Shown here: positions 7,622-15,978 of the stretch, one piece after another
Layout of the letters: the number at the start of each line of letters is the position of its first letter
How positions within the stretch are numbered: position 1 is the stretch's first letter
DNA from: a virus
Taxonomy: Duplodnaviria > Caudoviricetes
Direction: 5' to 3' (one strand)
Virus record (IMG/VR): IMGVR_UViG_3300032330_001413
Coordinates: 1-33,937 of that record
DNA: 33,937 bases
Program-made: the position numbers and the translations under genes
The notes under the pieces: generated by a model
Database searches by the model: none
Told to the model about the DNA's origin: nothing
What the model saw: the letters and a program-made list of their open reading frames with translations, nothing else

Positions 7622-8028
7622 ACGAAGGCGTAAAGATTCTAATAGAACGGATGAAGACTAACCCCGAGGAGTTTGTGGGGGAAGGAGTTTATAGTAAGTG
7701 GAGTAATTTATTTTCTATGTATCAAGATGCTCTTGCCCCTGAAGACGTAGAAACTTTTAAAAACGCAAGAAATAAATTAATACAAGAGCATTTTACCCAA
7801 CGTGTAATGAAAGAACTTCTTGCTCCCGAGGAGGACGATAGCTTGGGAAAGCCTTGGTACAGCAAGCAGGGGGACATTACGCTTTCGGCTGGTCAGACCC
7901 TAGGTCATGCTTCATTGACGCTAACAACTGAACCACTAGTCCAAGCCCATATAGACGCACACAATGCAGTCTTAAAAAAACAAAAGAAACACCAAACGCT
8001 ATTCGGAAAACTATTTAACTACACATGA
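7618..8028 (+). CDS. Conserved phage hypothetical protein
   Basis: MNEGVKILIERMKTNPEEF N-terminus. RBS GGAG and ATGA overlaps. Confidence 0.7.
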   Translation: MNEGVKILIERMKTNPEEFVGEGVYSKWSNLFSMYQDALAPEDVETFKNARNKLIQEHFTQRVMKELLAPEEDDSLGKPWYSKQGDITLSAGQTLGHASLTLTTEPLVQAHIDAHNAVLKKQKKHQTLFGKLFNYT

Positions 8029-9854
8029 ACATAATTACATTAGATTTTGAAACATACTATGCCAAAGACTTCTCGCTCACAAAAGCCACTACCGAAGAGT
8101 ATATCCGTGATGATAGGTTTGAAGTCATTGGGGTCGCAGTCAAAGAAAACAAAGGCGAAACAACGTGGTTCACAGGGACACATAAAGAAATTAGCAATTT
8201 TCTCCATTCATACAATTGGGTTAATAGTGCTTTGCTTGCTCACAATGCCTCTTTTGACGGCGCTATTCTTAGCTGGAATTTTGGTATTCGTCCTAAAGCG
8301 ATTCTCGATACTTTGTGCATGGCTCGGGCGCTTCATGGAGTGGATGCAGGTGGCAGTCTTTCAGCTTTGGTTGAACGGTATCAACTGGGTCGCAAGGGTA
8401 CAGAAGTATTGGATGCCCTAGGAAAACGCAGAGAAGATTTTGCACCAGCAGACTTAGCGCAATACGGCGAGTATTGCAAAAACGATGTAAATCTAACTTG
8501 GGCGCTGTTCAATCGCCTACTGGATGAGGGCTTTCCTGAAAAGGAACTTAAAGTCATAGACATTACTTTAAAGATGTTTACTGATCCTGTCCTCGAACTA
8601 AATCTCCCCCTACTTGAGCAACACCTAGAAGATACTAAGGAACGCAAAGAAAAACTACTTGAAGCGTGCTTAGCTGACAAAGATACACTCATGTCAAACG
8701 ATAAGTTTGCGGAGATTTTAAAGTCCCTGGCGGTTGAACCTCCAACTAAAACATCTTTGAAAACAGGCAAGACGGCTTGGGCTTTTGCCAAGACCGACGA
8801 AGGCTTTAAGGAACTGGCTTCTTTTCCCGATGTTCGGGTTCAAGCATTGGTTGCGGCTCGGTTGGGAAACAAATCTACACTTGAAGAGACGCGGACACAA
8901 CGCTTCATTGACATAGCCAAGCGAGGCAAACTTCCAGTACCAATTAAATACTATGCGGCGCATACTGGTAGGTGGGGTGGTGATGACAAGATTAACTTGC
9001 AGAACTTACCTAGTCGTGGTCAGAACGGTGGCAAGCTAAAGAAAGCTATTACCCCTCCGGAAAGATACGTAATAATTGATTGTGACTCATCACAGATTGA
9101 GGCTCGGATTGTTGCTTGGATGGCGGGACAAACAGATTTAGTCGACGCATTTGAGAAAGGTGAAGATGTATATAAAATCATGGCTTCGGCTATCTATCAG
9201 AAAGACATTACAAAGATCACGGCGCACGAAAGGTTCGTCGGCAAGACGACTATTCTTGGAGCAGGGTACGGCATGGGTGCAAAGAAATTCCAAGCCCAAC
9301 TTAAGACGTTTGGCGTGGACATTGAAGAGGGGGAGGCCAGTCGTATTATCAGGGTCTATCGGGAGACGTATCCTAAAATCCCTAGCTTATGGCAAGAAGC
9401 CGGTAGGTGTTTGGAAGCGATACATACAGGTAAACCTGCCCCTTTCGGGTTGGAAGGAGTCGTGTCATTCGATCACGTAAAGAAAGGGTTTTTACTACCT
9501 AGTGGGTTATGGCAACGCTACGAAACACTACAACAGGTAATTGACCCCGAAGGTAAAACCCAGTTTGAGTATAAGACTAGACGGGGTGTAGTTAAACTGT
9601 ACGGTGGAAAGGTAGTAGAGAACTTATGTCAGGCTATTGCTCGTTGTGTAATTGCAGAGCAAATGGTTAAAATGAGTAAACGTTACAGAGTAGTTTTAAC
9701 AGTGCATGATGCAGTAGCTTGCATAGCCCCAAAAGTGGAAGCGGAAGAAGCGCAACAATATGTAGAAGAATGCATGAAATGGAGACCCGATTGGGCGCAT
9801 GACTTACCACTTAGTTGCGAGTCAGGAATTGGAAATAACTACGGAGAATGTTAA
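8025..9854 (+). CDS. polA: Family A DNA polymerase with N-terminal 3'-5' exonuclease
   Basis: Exo I LDFET, Exo II HNASFD and Exo III YCKND. HTGRW..NLQN, motif A DSSQIEAR, motif B RFVGKTTILGAGYG and motif C VHDA. Confidence 0.95.
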   Translation: MNIITLDFETYYAKDFSLTKATTEEYIRDDRFEVIGVAVKENKGETTWFTGTHKEISNFLHSYNWVNSALLAHNASFDGAILSWNFGIRPKAILDTLCMARALHGVDAGGSLSALVERYQLGRKGTEVLDALGKRREDFAPADLAQYGEYCKNDVNLTWALFNRLLDEGFPEKELKVIDITLKMFTDPVLELNLPLLEQHLEDTKERKEKLLEACLADKDTLMSNDKFAEILKSLAVEPPTKTSLKTGKTAWAFAKTDEGFKELASFPDVRVQALVAARLGNKSTLEETRTQRFIDIAKRGKLPVPIKYYAAHTGRWGGDDKINLQNLPSRGQNGGKLKKAITPPERYVIIDCDSSQIEARIVAWMAGQTDLVDAFEKGEDVYKIMASAIYQKDITKITAHERFVGKTTILGAGYGMGAKKFQAQLKTFGVDIEEGEASRIIRVYRETYPKIPSLWQEAGRCLEAIHTGKPAPFGLEGVVSFDHVKKGFLLPSGLWQRYETLQQVIDPEGKTQFEYKTRRGVVKLYGGKVVENLCQAIARCVIAEQMVKMSKRYRVVLTVHDAVACIAPKVEAEEAQQYVEECMKWRPDWAHDLPLSCESGIGNNYGEC

Positions 9855-10028
9855 ATGTTGGACTATTCAAATTTTTTATTAGAAGCAAGAAAGTACTTGA
9901 AAAAATATGAAGAAGCTGTTATAAATCGTAATTATAAAGAAGCGCAAGATCATGCACTAAATGCGTTTGCTGAAGTTAGATTACTTTTACAGATAGCGAA
10001 AGACTTACAGGATGTCAGAAAAAAATAA
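9855..10028 (+). CDS. Hypothetical protein (57 aa; absent from the ORF track)
   Basis: MLDYSNFLLEARKYLKKYEEAVINRNYKEAQDHALNAFAEVRLLLQIAKDLQDVRKK. RBS GGAG at 9843. Confidence 0.7.
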   Translation: MLDYSNFLLEARKYLKKYEEAVINRNYKEAQDHALNAFAEVRLLLQIAKDLQDVRKK

Positions 10029-10218
10029 TCCGTGGCAATCGGATATGACCCAACAGGAGGTCGCCGATGCTATGGGTATAACAAGAGCCGCAGTTCAAGA
10101 TATAGAAAAAAGGGCATTACGAAAATTACGAAATGAACTAAGAAAACGTGGGCTTACACTAAATGATTTTTTTACATACAAACAGAAGAGGATACCAAAA
10201 GATGATAGGATTAACTAA
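10012..10218 (+). CDS. Stand-alone sigma-70 region 4-like HTH protein
   Basis: MTQQEVADAMGITRAAVQDIEKRALRKLR matches the sigma region 4.2 pattern. Confidence 0.8.
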   Translation: MSEKNNPWQSDMTQQEVADAMGITRAAVQDIEKRALRKLRNELRKRGLTLNDFFTYKQKRIPKDDRIN

Positions 10219-10516
10219 AGAACAAATGCAACGGCTTAAAGACGTAGCTAGTACATTACGAACAGACCAAAGGGCGGCATTAACTCTTGCCGAATCAGAA
10301 GCCTACGCTAAAAAGATTGACCAAGTTCTTTATGATTTACATATGGAAAATCCGTTGGCTTTTGTAACTACTGCGTCAATAACTTTATCGGGTATAGAAT
10401 TTCTACCTATTCAAGCTATGGCAAAACGTCGTAAATTTTATGATGAACCACTTAAAGTACACGCTAGAGATTACAAATCTTACGTACGTCCACTACCAAA
10501 AAGCAAATACTTATGA
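10202..10516 (+). CDS. Hypothetical protein
   Basis: This is ORF-track 10163-10516. The in-frame ATG at 10202 has a GAGG RBS and is the likelier start. Confidence 0.65.
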   Translation: MIGLTKEQMQRLKDVASTLRTDQRAALTLAESEAYAKKIDQVLYDLHMENPLAFVTTASITLSGIEFLPIQAMAKRRKFYDEPLKVHARDYKSYVRPLPKSKYL

Positions 10517-10833
10517 ACATCGAATGGGCTAAACCTACCGAAATAGAAGACGGTATTTCTGCCGTTTGGGGTGTTAAAGATATTGTCGATACGCTGATAT
10601 GGCGGTGTATGGATCATCCAAGACCTATGACTGAAGATGAAATGCACAACCATTTATTTGCTATATCCACGCTGATAGATATGCACTGCGAGAAGTTAAT
10701 GGATACGTACTGCAAGGTATATAACCTTAACGAATATGCGTCTGAGGAAGTTAAAGCTAAAAGGGCGGAAATCCTTAACTCTTTAAATAACTCACCTATA
10801 CCCGCACCCAAAAAGAAAGCTAAGAAAAAATGA
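10513..10833 (+). CDS. Hypothetical protein
   Basis: ATGA overlaps on both sides and a Lys-rich tail. Confidence 0.7.
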   Translation: MNIEWAKPTEIEDGISAVWGVKDIVDTLIWRCMDHPRPMTEDEMHNHLFAISTLIDMHCEKLMDTYCKVYNLNEYASEEVKAKRAEILNSLNNSPIPAPKKKAKKK

Positions 10834-11585
10834 GTGAAGTAAAAACACCACAGTTATTTATAGCTACTCCGATGTATGGCGGGTTATGCAACGGCTCTTA
10901 TACAGTAGGATTATTAACTGCCGTAGGGGTATTTTCTCGCAACGGTATTGCTATGCAATATGCCCACATGATGAACGAATCCCTCATTACTCGTGCTCGT
11001 AATGCTTTAACTAAAGATTTTTTAGCTAGTGAATGTACTCATTTAATGTTTATTGATGCCGATATTGGATTTCTTCCTCAAGATATTGTGCGTATGGTTC
11101 ATGCAGACAAAGAGATCATTTGTGGTATTTATCCTAAAAAAGAAATTAATTGGTTAGAAGTAACTAAAGCCGTAAACGCTGGTGTACCCCCACAAGAGTT
11201 GCATAAACATACAGGTGCTTTTGTAGTAAACCTAGTAGGCGGTGCGACTTCAGCCGAAGGAGATATGTATACCCCAATGGAGATTGCTAATGGGGGTACA
11301 GGATTTATGTTAATCAAACGAGAAGTATTTGAGGTTTTGATAGGAAGAGTGCCTACGTATACCAATGATATGTTTACCGCTATTGATGACCAAAGTATTA
11401 AAGAAGAGATTAATGAGTTCTTTACAACAAGTATAGATAAAGAATCAGGCAACCGTTTGTTATCTGAAGATTATCATTTTTGTAAGATTGCAAGAGAAGC
11501 TGGGTTTAAAGTTTGGGCGGCTCCTTGGGCGCAGTTGTCCCATACTGGGACTTATATTTTTAGCGGGACTTTGCCATTAGCATGA
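10830..11585 (+). CDS. GT-A fold (GT2-like) glycosyltransferase
   Basis: FIATPMYGG, ESLITRARN, DxD in MFIDADI, GTGFMLIKR, LSEDYHFC and the C-terminal His (LSHTG). Confidence 0.85.
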   Translation: MSEVKTPQLFIATPMYGGLCNGSYTVGLLTAVGVFSRNGIAMQYAHMMNESLITRARNALTKDFLASECTHLMFIDADIGFLPQDIVRMVHADKEIICGIYPKKEINWLEVTKAVNAGVPPQELHKHTGAFVVNLVGGATSAEGDMYTPMEIANGGTGFMLIKREVFEVLIGRVPTYTNDMFTAIDDQSIKEEINEFFTTSIDKESGNRLLSEDYHFCKIAREAGFKVWAAPWAQLSHTGTYIFSGTLPLA

Positions 11586-12253
11586 CAATAAAATACACAT
11601 GGTCGTATTCATCAATAAATCTTTTTAAACAATGCCCGCATAAATATTATCGTCTTCGAGTAGTAAAGGACATTGTAGAACCGCCAGCAGAACACTTAAA
11701 TTATGGTTTAGAGGTGCATAAAGCGGCGGAAGATTACATTGGAAAAGGTACTCCAATCCCTGAGAAATATATCTTTATTAAAGAACATTTGGATAAGCTA
11801 AACAGTATTAAAGGCGAGAAACTTTGCGAATACAAAATGGGGCTTACCAGCAATCTAGAGCCGTGTGGGTTTTTTGATAAGGATGTATGGTGGAGAGGTG
11901 TTGCAGACTTGATTATTATCAACGGCGATAAAGCCTATATGATTGATTATAAAACAGGAAAATCTGCTAAGTATGCGGACACTAAACAATTAGAACTTCT
12001 TTCCTGCGCATTATTTAAACACTTTCCTGAGGTTAAAAAAGTCAAAGGTGGGTTATTATTTGTAGTTGCCAATGACCTTGTAAAAGACGACTTTCAGGTG
12101 GATAATGAAGGGGTATATTGGACTAAATGGTTAGAAGATACTCAACGCTTAGAAGCGGCTATCCAAAATAATGTTTGGAATAAAAAGCCTAACTTCTCGT
12201 GTCGTTCTTGGTGTTCTATAACCGACTGCGAACACAACGGAAAGAATCATTGA
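11582..12253 (+). CDS. Cas4-like PD-(D/E)xK exonuclease, probably Fe-S binding
   Basis: WSYSS...CP, G..VH, GVADL, IDYKTGK, QLELL. One N-terminal Cys plus C-terminal C-x3-C-x4-C. Confidence 0.88.
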   Translation: MTIKYTWSYSSINLFKQCPHKYYRLRVVKDIVEPPAEHLNYGLEVHKAAEDYIGKGTPIPEKYIFIKEHLDKLNSIKGEKLCEYKMGLTSNLEPCGFFDKDVWWRGVADLIIINGDKAYMIDYKTGKSAKYADTKQLELLSCALFKHFPEVKKVKGGLLFVVANDLVKDDFQVDNEGVYWTKWLEDTQRLEAAIQNNVWNKKPNFSCRSWCSITDCEHNGKNH

Positions 12254-12254
12254 T

Positions 12255-12572
12255 ATGCCTTACACCAAAACCCCTAGACCCTATAAACATGAATATGATA
12301 TGGAGAAGAAACGTGGCGAACACGAACGTCGTATGGAGCGTCAAAGAGCGAGGCGGGCGCTGGATAAAAAACTACCCGACGGAAATGGAAACGGTAAAGC
12401 CGATGCTAGAGAAGGTAAAGACGTTGCCCATAAAAAAGCATTGGACAAAGGTGGTAGCAACAAAGACGGAGTAGTAATACAATCTGCGTCTAAGAATCGT
12501 AGCTTTAAAAGAGATTCAAAAGGTAATTTAGTAAGAGAAGTAAGCGTCAGAGAACGCAAAAAGAAAAAATAG
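12255..12572 (+). CDS. Small HNH-type endonuclease-like protein
   Basis: GKDVAHKKALDKGGSN...SASKNRS (beta-beta-alpha-metal pattern) with a basic N-terminal helix. Confidence 0.7.
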   Translation: MPYTKTPRPYKHEYDMEKKRGEHERRMERQRARRALDKKLPDGNGNGKADAREGKDVAHKKALDKGGSNKDGVVIQSASKNRSFKRDSKGNLVREVSVRERKKKK

Positions 12573-12584
12573 TTTGTTTGTATG

Positions 12585-12760
12585 TGTTGTAAAGTAAGGT
12601 ACGAGTGCTAGCAACAAGGTTTGACACTACCTATTATAACCGTATCAGTTGGGGTCGTTAGTTAGATGTTTTTCCCTTCACGGGGCATCTTCCCTCCTTG
12701 GCGATGACCTAACCGATTAACCCCCGTAAGGGGTTGCTTTAATCAAAACGTGTGTTTTGG
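12585..12760 (+). ncRNA. Candidate structured RNA between the HNH and SNF2 genes
   Basis: About 210 nt of non-coding sequence with several complementary pairs: 12585-90/12611-16, 12598-603/12641-46, 12653-59/12703-09, 12664-68/12686-90, 12719-24/12730-35 and 12744-49/12754-59. Confidence 0.5.
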
Positions 12761-12783
12761 TCGTATTCCTATTGGAGAAGAGA

Positions 12784-14334
12784 TTGCAGATTATAGACAA
12801 CAAGGCGTTGCTACTTAAAGTACGTGACCCAAACCGCATTACCACAGTAATACCGAAAAGTAAAATTTTAGATGATGGTCAGGTGTTGGTAAAGTGGGGG
12901 CTGGAAGAAGCCCAAGTATTAAAAAACCTTAGATTACGTGATGTACCATCTCCCATCAGGGCTAACTACAAGTGGCCCGGACTCTATAAACCGTTTGACC
13001 ACCAACGCAAAACTGCCGAATTTTTAACTTTGCACCGTCGAGCATTTTGTTTTAACGAACAAGGTACAGGAAAGACAGGCTCAGTAATATGGGCGGCTGA
13101 CTATCTAATGCAGTTGGGTTTAATCAAAAGAGTGCTAGTCCTCTGCCCACTATCTATCATGCAATCGGCTTGGCAAAACGACTTATTTAGATTTGCTATG
13201 CACAGGACAACGGCAATAGCACACAGCTACTCAAGAGAGAAAAGAATCCAAGCTGTTTGTAGTGATGCCGAGTTTGTAATATGTAATTACGATGGACTAG
13301 GAATTATTAGAGATGCAGTAGTTGCCAATGAGTTTGACCTTATTGTTATTGACGAAGCTAACGCATACAAGACGGTATCTACAACACGTTGGAAAATATT
13401 AAACTCTATCATTAAACCAACCACATGGTTATGGATGCTTACAGGCACACCAGCTTCTCAATCCCCAACAGACGCATATGGACTAGCAAGGTTAGTTAAT
13501 CCGCAAGGAGTGCCAAGGTTCTATGGTTCTTTTAGGGATATGGTAATGTACAAATTAACCCAGTTCAAATGGGTTCCAAAACCTACCTCCGAAAAAATAG
13601 TCCACGATGTATTGCAACCCGCAATACGCTTTACAAAAGACGACTGTTTAGACTTACCTGACATGACGTATACAACTAGGGATATACCCCTAACTATGCA
13701 ACAAGAAAAGTATTACGAAATCATTAGAAAGAATATGCTAGCAGTAGCGGCAGGGGAGGAAATTACAACAGTAAACGCCGCCGCAAACTTGAATAAATTA
13801 CTCCAGCTTTCATGTGGCGCAGTCTATTCGGATAGTGGAGAGGTGGTTGAATTTGATGCCTCTAATATAATCAATGCCTTAAAAGAAGTGATCGACGAAG
13901 CTAGCCATAAGGTGTTAATATTTGTTCCCTATCGCCACGCTATTGAGATTGTTACGGAAGAATTGAGAAGATCAGGATACACTGCGGAAATTATAAATGG
14001 CTCAGTATCAGCCGGAAATCGCACAGACATTTTTGCTAGATTTCAAAACGATACAAACCCCAAAGTTCTTGTAATCCAACCACAAGCCGCCGCACACGGA
14101 GTAACTCTAACTGCCGCCAATGTAGTGGTATGGTTTTCCCCTATTACTTCAGTTGAAACTTATTTACAAGCTAATGCACGAGTGCATAGAGCAGGACAAC
14201 ACAACCCCTGCACGGTAGTTCACTTACAGGGGTCCCCGGTAGAAAAGAAGATGTACAAGATGTTGCAAGGAAAGGTAGACATTCACACTAAGATGATCGA
14301 CCTGTATAAAAATATTATTAGTGAAGACTCTTGA
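12784..14334 (+). CDS. SNF2-family (SF2) helicase/ATPase
   Basis: Motif I EQGTGKT, II IDEAN, III LTGTP and VI QANARVHRAGQ. The TTG start at 12784 (MQIIDNK) has RBS GGAG at 12774 and is preferred to 12757. Confidence 0.92.
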   Translation: MQIIDNKALLLKVRDPNRITTVIPKSKILDDGQVLVKWGLEEAQVLKNLRLRDVPSPIRANYKWPGLYKPFDHQRKTAEFLTLHRRAFCFNEQGTGKTGSVIWAADYLMQLGLIKRVLVLCPLSIMQSAWQNDLFRFAMHRTTAIAHSYSREKRIQAVCSDAEFVICNYDGLGIIRDAVVANEFDLIVIDEANAYKTVSTTRWKILNSIIKPTTWLWMLTGTPASQSPTDAYGLARLVNPQGVPRFYGSFRDMVMYKLTQFKWVPKPTSEKIVHDVLQPAIRFTKDDCLDLPDMTYTTRDIPLTMQQEKYYEIIRKNMLAVAAGEEITTVNAAANLNKLLQLSCGAVYSDSGEVVEFDASNIINALKEVIDEASHKVLIFVPYRHAIEIVTEELRRSGYTAEIINGSVSAGNRTDIFARFQNDTNPKVLVIQPQAAAHGVTLTAANVVVWFSPITSVETYLQANARVHRAGQHNPCTVVHLQGSPVEKKMYKMLQGKVDIHTKMIDLYKNIISEDS

Positions 14335-14359
14335 CACTGTAAAGGAAAAGGAGTAAATT
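14331..14359 (+). promoter_or_regulatory. Sigma70-type promoter
   Basis: TTGACA (14331-14336), 17-nt spacer, TAAATT (14354-14359). It lies upstream of the RBS at 14376. Confidence 0.7.
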
Positions 14360-14385
14360 GTAAGTATAGATAAGAAGGAGAAGAG

Positions 14386-14772
14386 ATGAGTCAACATGAA
14401 GCAACGGCTGACAAGCTAGTTAAAGTATATGTAAAAATTCGTGACCAACGATATGCGCTTGAGAAGCAAGCTAGAGAACTTGAAGAACAAGAAGCATTAA
14501 TTAAGAATGAACTATTAGACATTTGTAAAGATGTAGGTACTGATGGTTTGCGTACGCAGTTTGGTACGGTTACGAGAAAATTAAACAAGCGGTATTGGAC
14601 AAGTGATTGGGAATCCCTTTATGCTTTTATGAAGGAACATGATGCCTTTCATTTTTTACACCAAAGAATTTCTAATGCGAATGTGGAAACATTCTTGGAA
14701 GAAAACCCCGATCTGCACCCGCCGGGGCTTCAAGCGGATGCTGAATACACAGTAGTTGTACGTCGTAAATAA
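14386..14772 (+). CDS. Conserved phage replication-module protein (N-terminal coiled coil)
   Basis: KLVKVYVKIRD coiled coil, then RTQFGTV..DWESLY..PPGL. Strong RBS. Confidence 0.8.
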   Translation: MSQHEATADKLVKVYVKIRDQRYALEKQARELEEQEALIKNELLDICKDVGTDGLRTQFGTVTRKLNKRYWTSDWESLYAFMKEHDAFHFLHQRISNANVETFLEENPDLHPPGLQADAEYTVVVRRK

Positions 14773-15657
14773 ATGGAGAAGATGATGAGCAAAGAACTTG
14801 CTATGTTGGATATGAATTTACCAGCGCACTTACAGTCGTTGGAGTTGGATGAAACTACACGTTCCCTTATGGGTAGTGGCGGTGCAGGAAGCAAACGTAT
14901 TTCTATCGAGGGCGGTGTATGGCGCTTGCTAGTAAACGGTAAAGAGATTGCACAAAAAGAAGAACGTAATCTCAATGTAGTTATTGTTGCGGCTTCCTCA
15001 AAGGTCGCTCGTACTTACTATGCTGGTGTTTACAAGAAGGGTGTATCTGCACCTCCTGATTGCTGGTCTGCAAACGGCGACTATCCTGATAAATCAGTTG
15101 AAAGTCCACAGGCTACTGGATGCGCTAACTGCCCACAAAACATTAAAGGTTCAGGTCAGGGCGATGGTCGTGCTTGCCGCTTTAGTCAACGTATTGCGGT
15201 CGTATTGGATAACGATATTGGCGGAGATGTATTCCAGTTAGTTCTTCCTTCTACTTCAATCTTTGGCGAAGGCGAAGCCGGTAAATGGCCTCTTCAAATG
15301 TACGCTAAAATGATTGGTGCTAAGGGTGTTCCTATCACTGCAGTTGTAACTGAGATGCGTTTTGATACTGCAAGTTCTACGCCTAAAATTACTTTCAAGC
15401 CAGTACGTTTCTTAGAAGCAAATGAGATTCAAACTGCGATTGACCAAGGCAAAAGCACCGAAGCTATTAAAGCAATCACTATGACGGTTGCTAAAGCTAA
15501 GGAAGATGCGCCAGCATTGGAAGCACCAAAAGTTGAGATCAAAGCAAAACCTGCCGAGTTAGATACCGAACCTGTTAAGCGCACCGTTAAGAAAGAAGAG
15601 CCGACCCCCAAAAAGGATTTAGCTAAAGTTCTTTCTGACTGGGATGATGAGGAGTAA
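14773..15657 (+). CDS. Putative single-stranded DNA-binding/annealing protein (true start probably 14782 or 14785)
   Basis: Beta-rich core, Cys cluster (PDCWS...CANCPQN...ACR), Pro/Lys linker and acidic tail DWDDEE. It sits between the helicase and primase. Confidence 0.65.
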   Translation: MEKMMSKELAMLDMNLPAHLQSLELDETTRSLMGSGGAGSKRISIEGGVWRLLVNGKEIAQKEERNLNVVIVAASSKVARTYYAGVYKKGVSAPPDCWSANGDYPDKSVESPQATGCANCPQNIKGSGQGDGRACRFSQRIAVVLDNDIGGDVFQLVLPSTSIFGEGEAGKWPLQMYAKMIGAKGVPITAVVTEMRFDTASSTPKITFKPVRFLEANEIQTAIDQGKSTEAIKAITMTVAKAKEDAPALEAPKVEIKAKPAELDTEPVKRTVKKEEPTPKKDLAKVLSDWDDEE

Positions 15658-15660
15658 TTC

Positions 15661-15891
15661 ATGTCTACAGGATATGCGAGTGGCTTTATCAATGAGGTAA
15701 AAGCTTCGGACAAATCCAAGATCGGGGTACAACTAGGAAAGGTGTGCATCAAACGGGATATTCCTGTAACTGATATAGCGCAATTTTTTAATGTATCCCG
15801 AGTGACGGTCTACTCTTGGTTTCGTGGTATTACAAATGTTTCTGAACAGCATTTGGAAAAGATGCAAAAACTTATTGATAAATTAGATTAG
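15661..15891 (+). CDS. Cro/XRE-like HTH protein
   Basis: VTDIAQFFNVSRVTVYSWFRG, an HTH motif. Confidence 0.8.
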   Translation: MSTGYASGFINEVKASDKSKIGVQLGKVCIKRDIPVTDIAQFFNVSRVTVYSWFRGITNVSEQHLEKMQKLIDKLD

Positions 15892-15897
15892 TTGTGT

Positions 15898-15978
15898 GGG
15901 GGGCTAGGTTAGCTACCGAAAAGGATATACCGCCGTCATATCCCTGCCCATCCTTTTTACTGACGGCTAAAGGCGGCT
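15898..15978 (+). promoter_or_regulatory. Candidate structured 5' leader (pseudoknot) of the primase-helicase
   Basis: Stems GGGC.AG/CTGCCC and GGATAT/ATATCC. The loop region GCCGTCA (15932-38) is complementary to TGACGGC (15961-67). Confidence 0.55.

Noticed and set aside
6854-9854. 2-aminoadenine (Z) genome system, suggested by DUF6378 plus an atypical PolA
   Set aside because: No PurZ or DatZ-like gene is in the window, and I cannot assign the polymerase to a DpoZ clade by eye.
11582-12253. Cas4 as evidence of a CRISPR-Cas system
   Set aside because: Solo Cas4-like exonucleases are ordinary phage replication/recombination genes. No cas1/cas2 or array is seen.
12621-12650. TTGACA as a promoter for the SNF2 gene
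   Set aside because: No acceptable -10 lies at 16-18 nt spacing (TATCAG/ATCAGT), and the hexamer sits within the putative RNA structure.
12255-12783. Group I intron with a homing endonuclease
   Set aside because: The flanking genes are complete and unsplit, and I could not find group I core elements.
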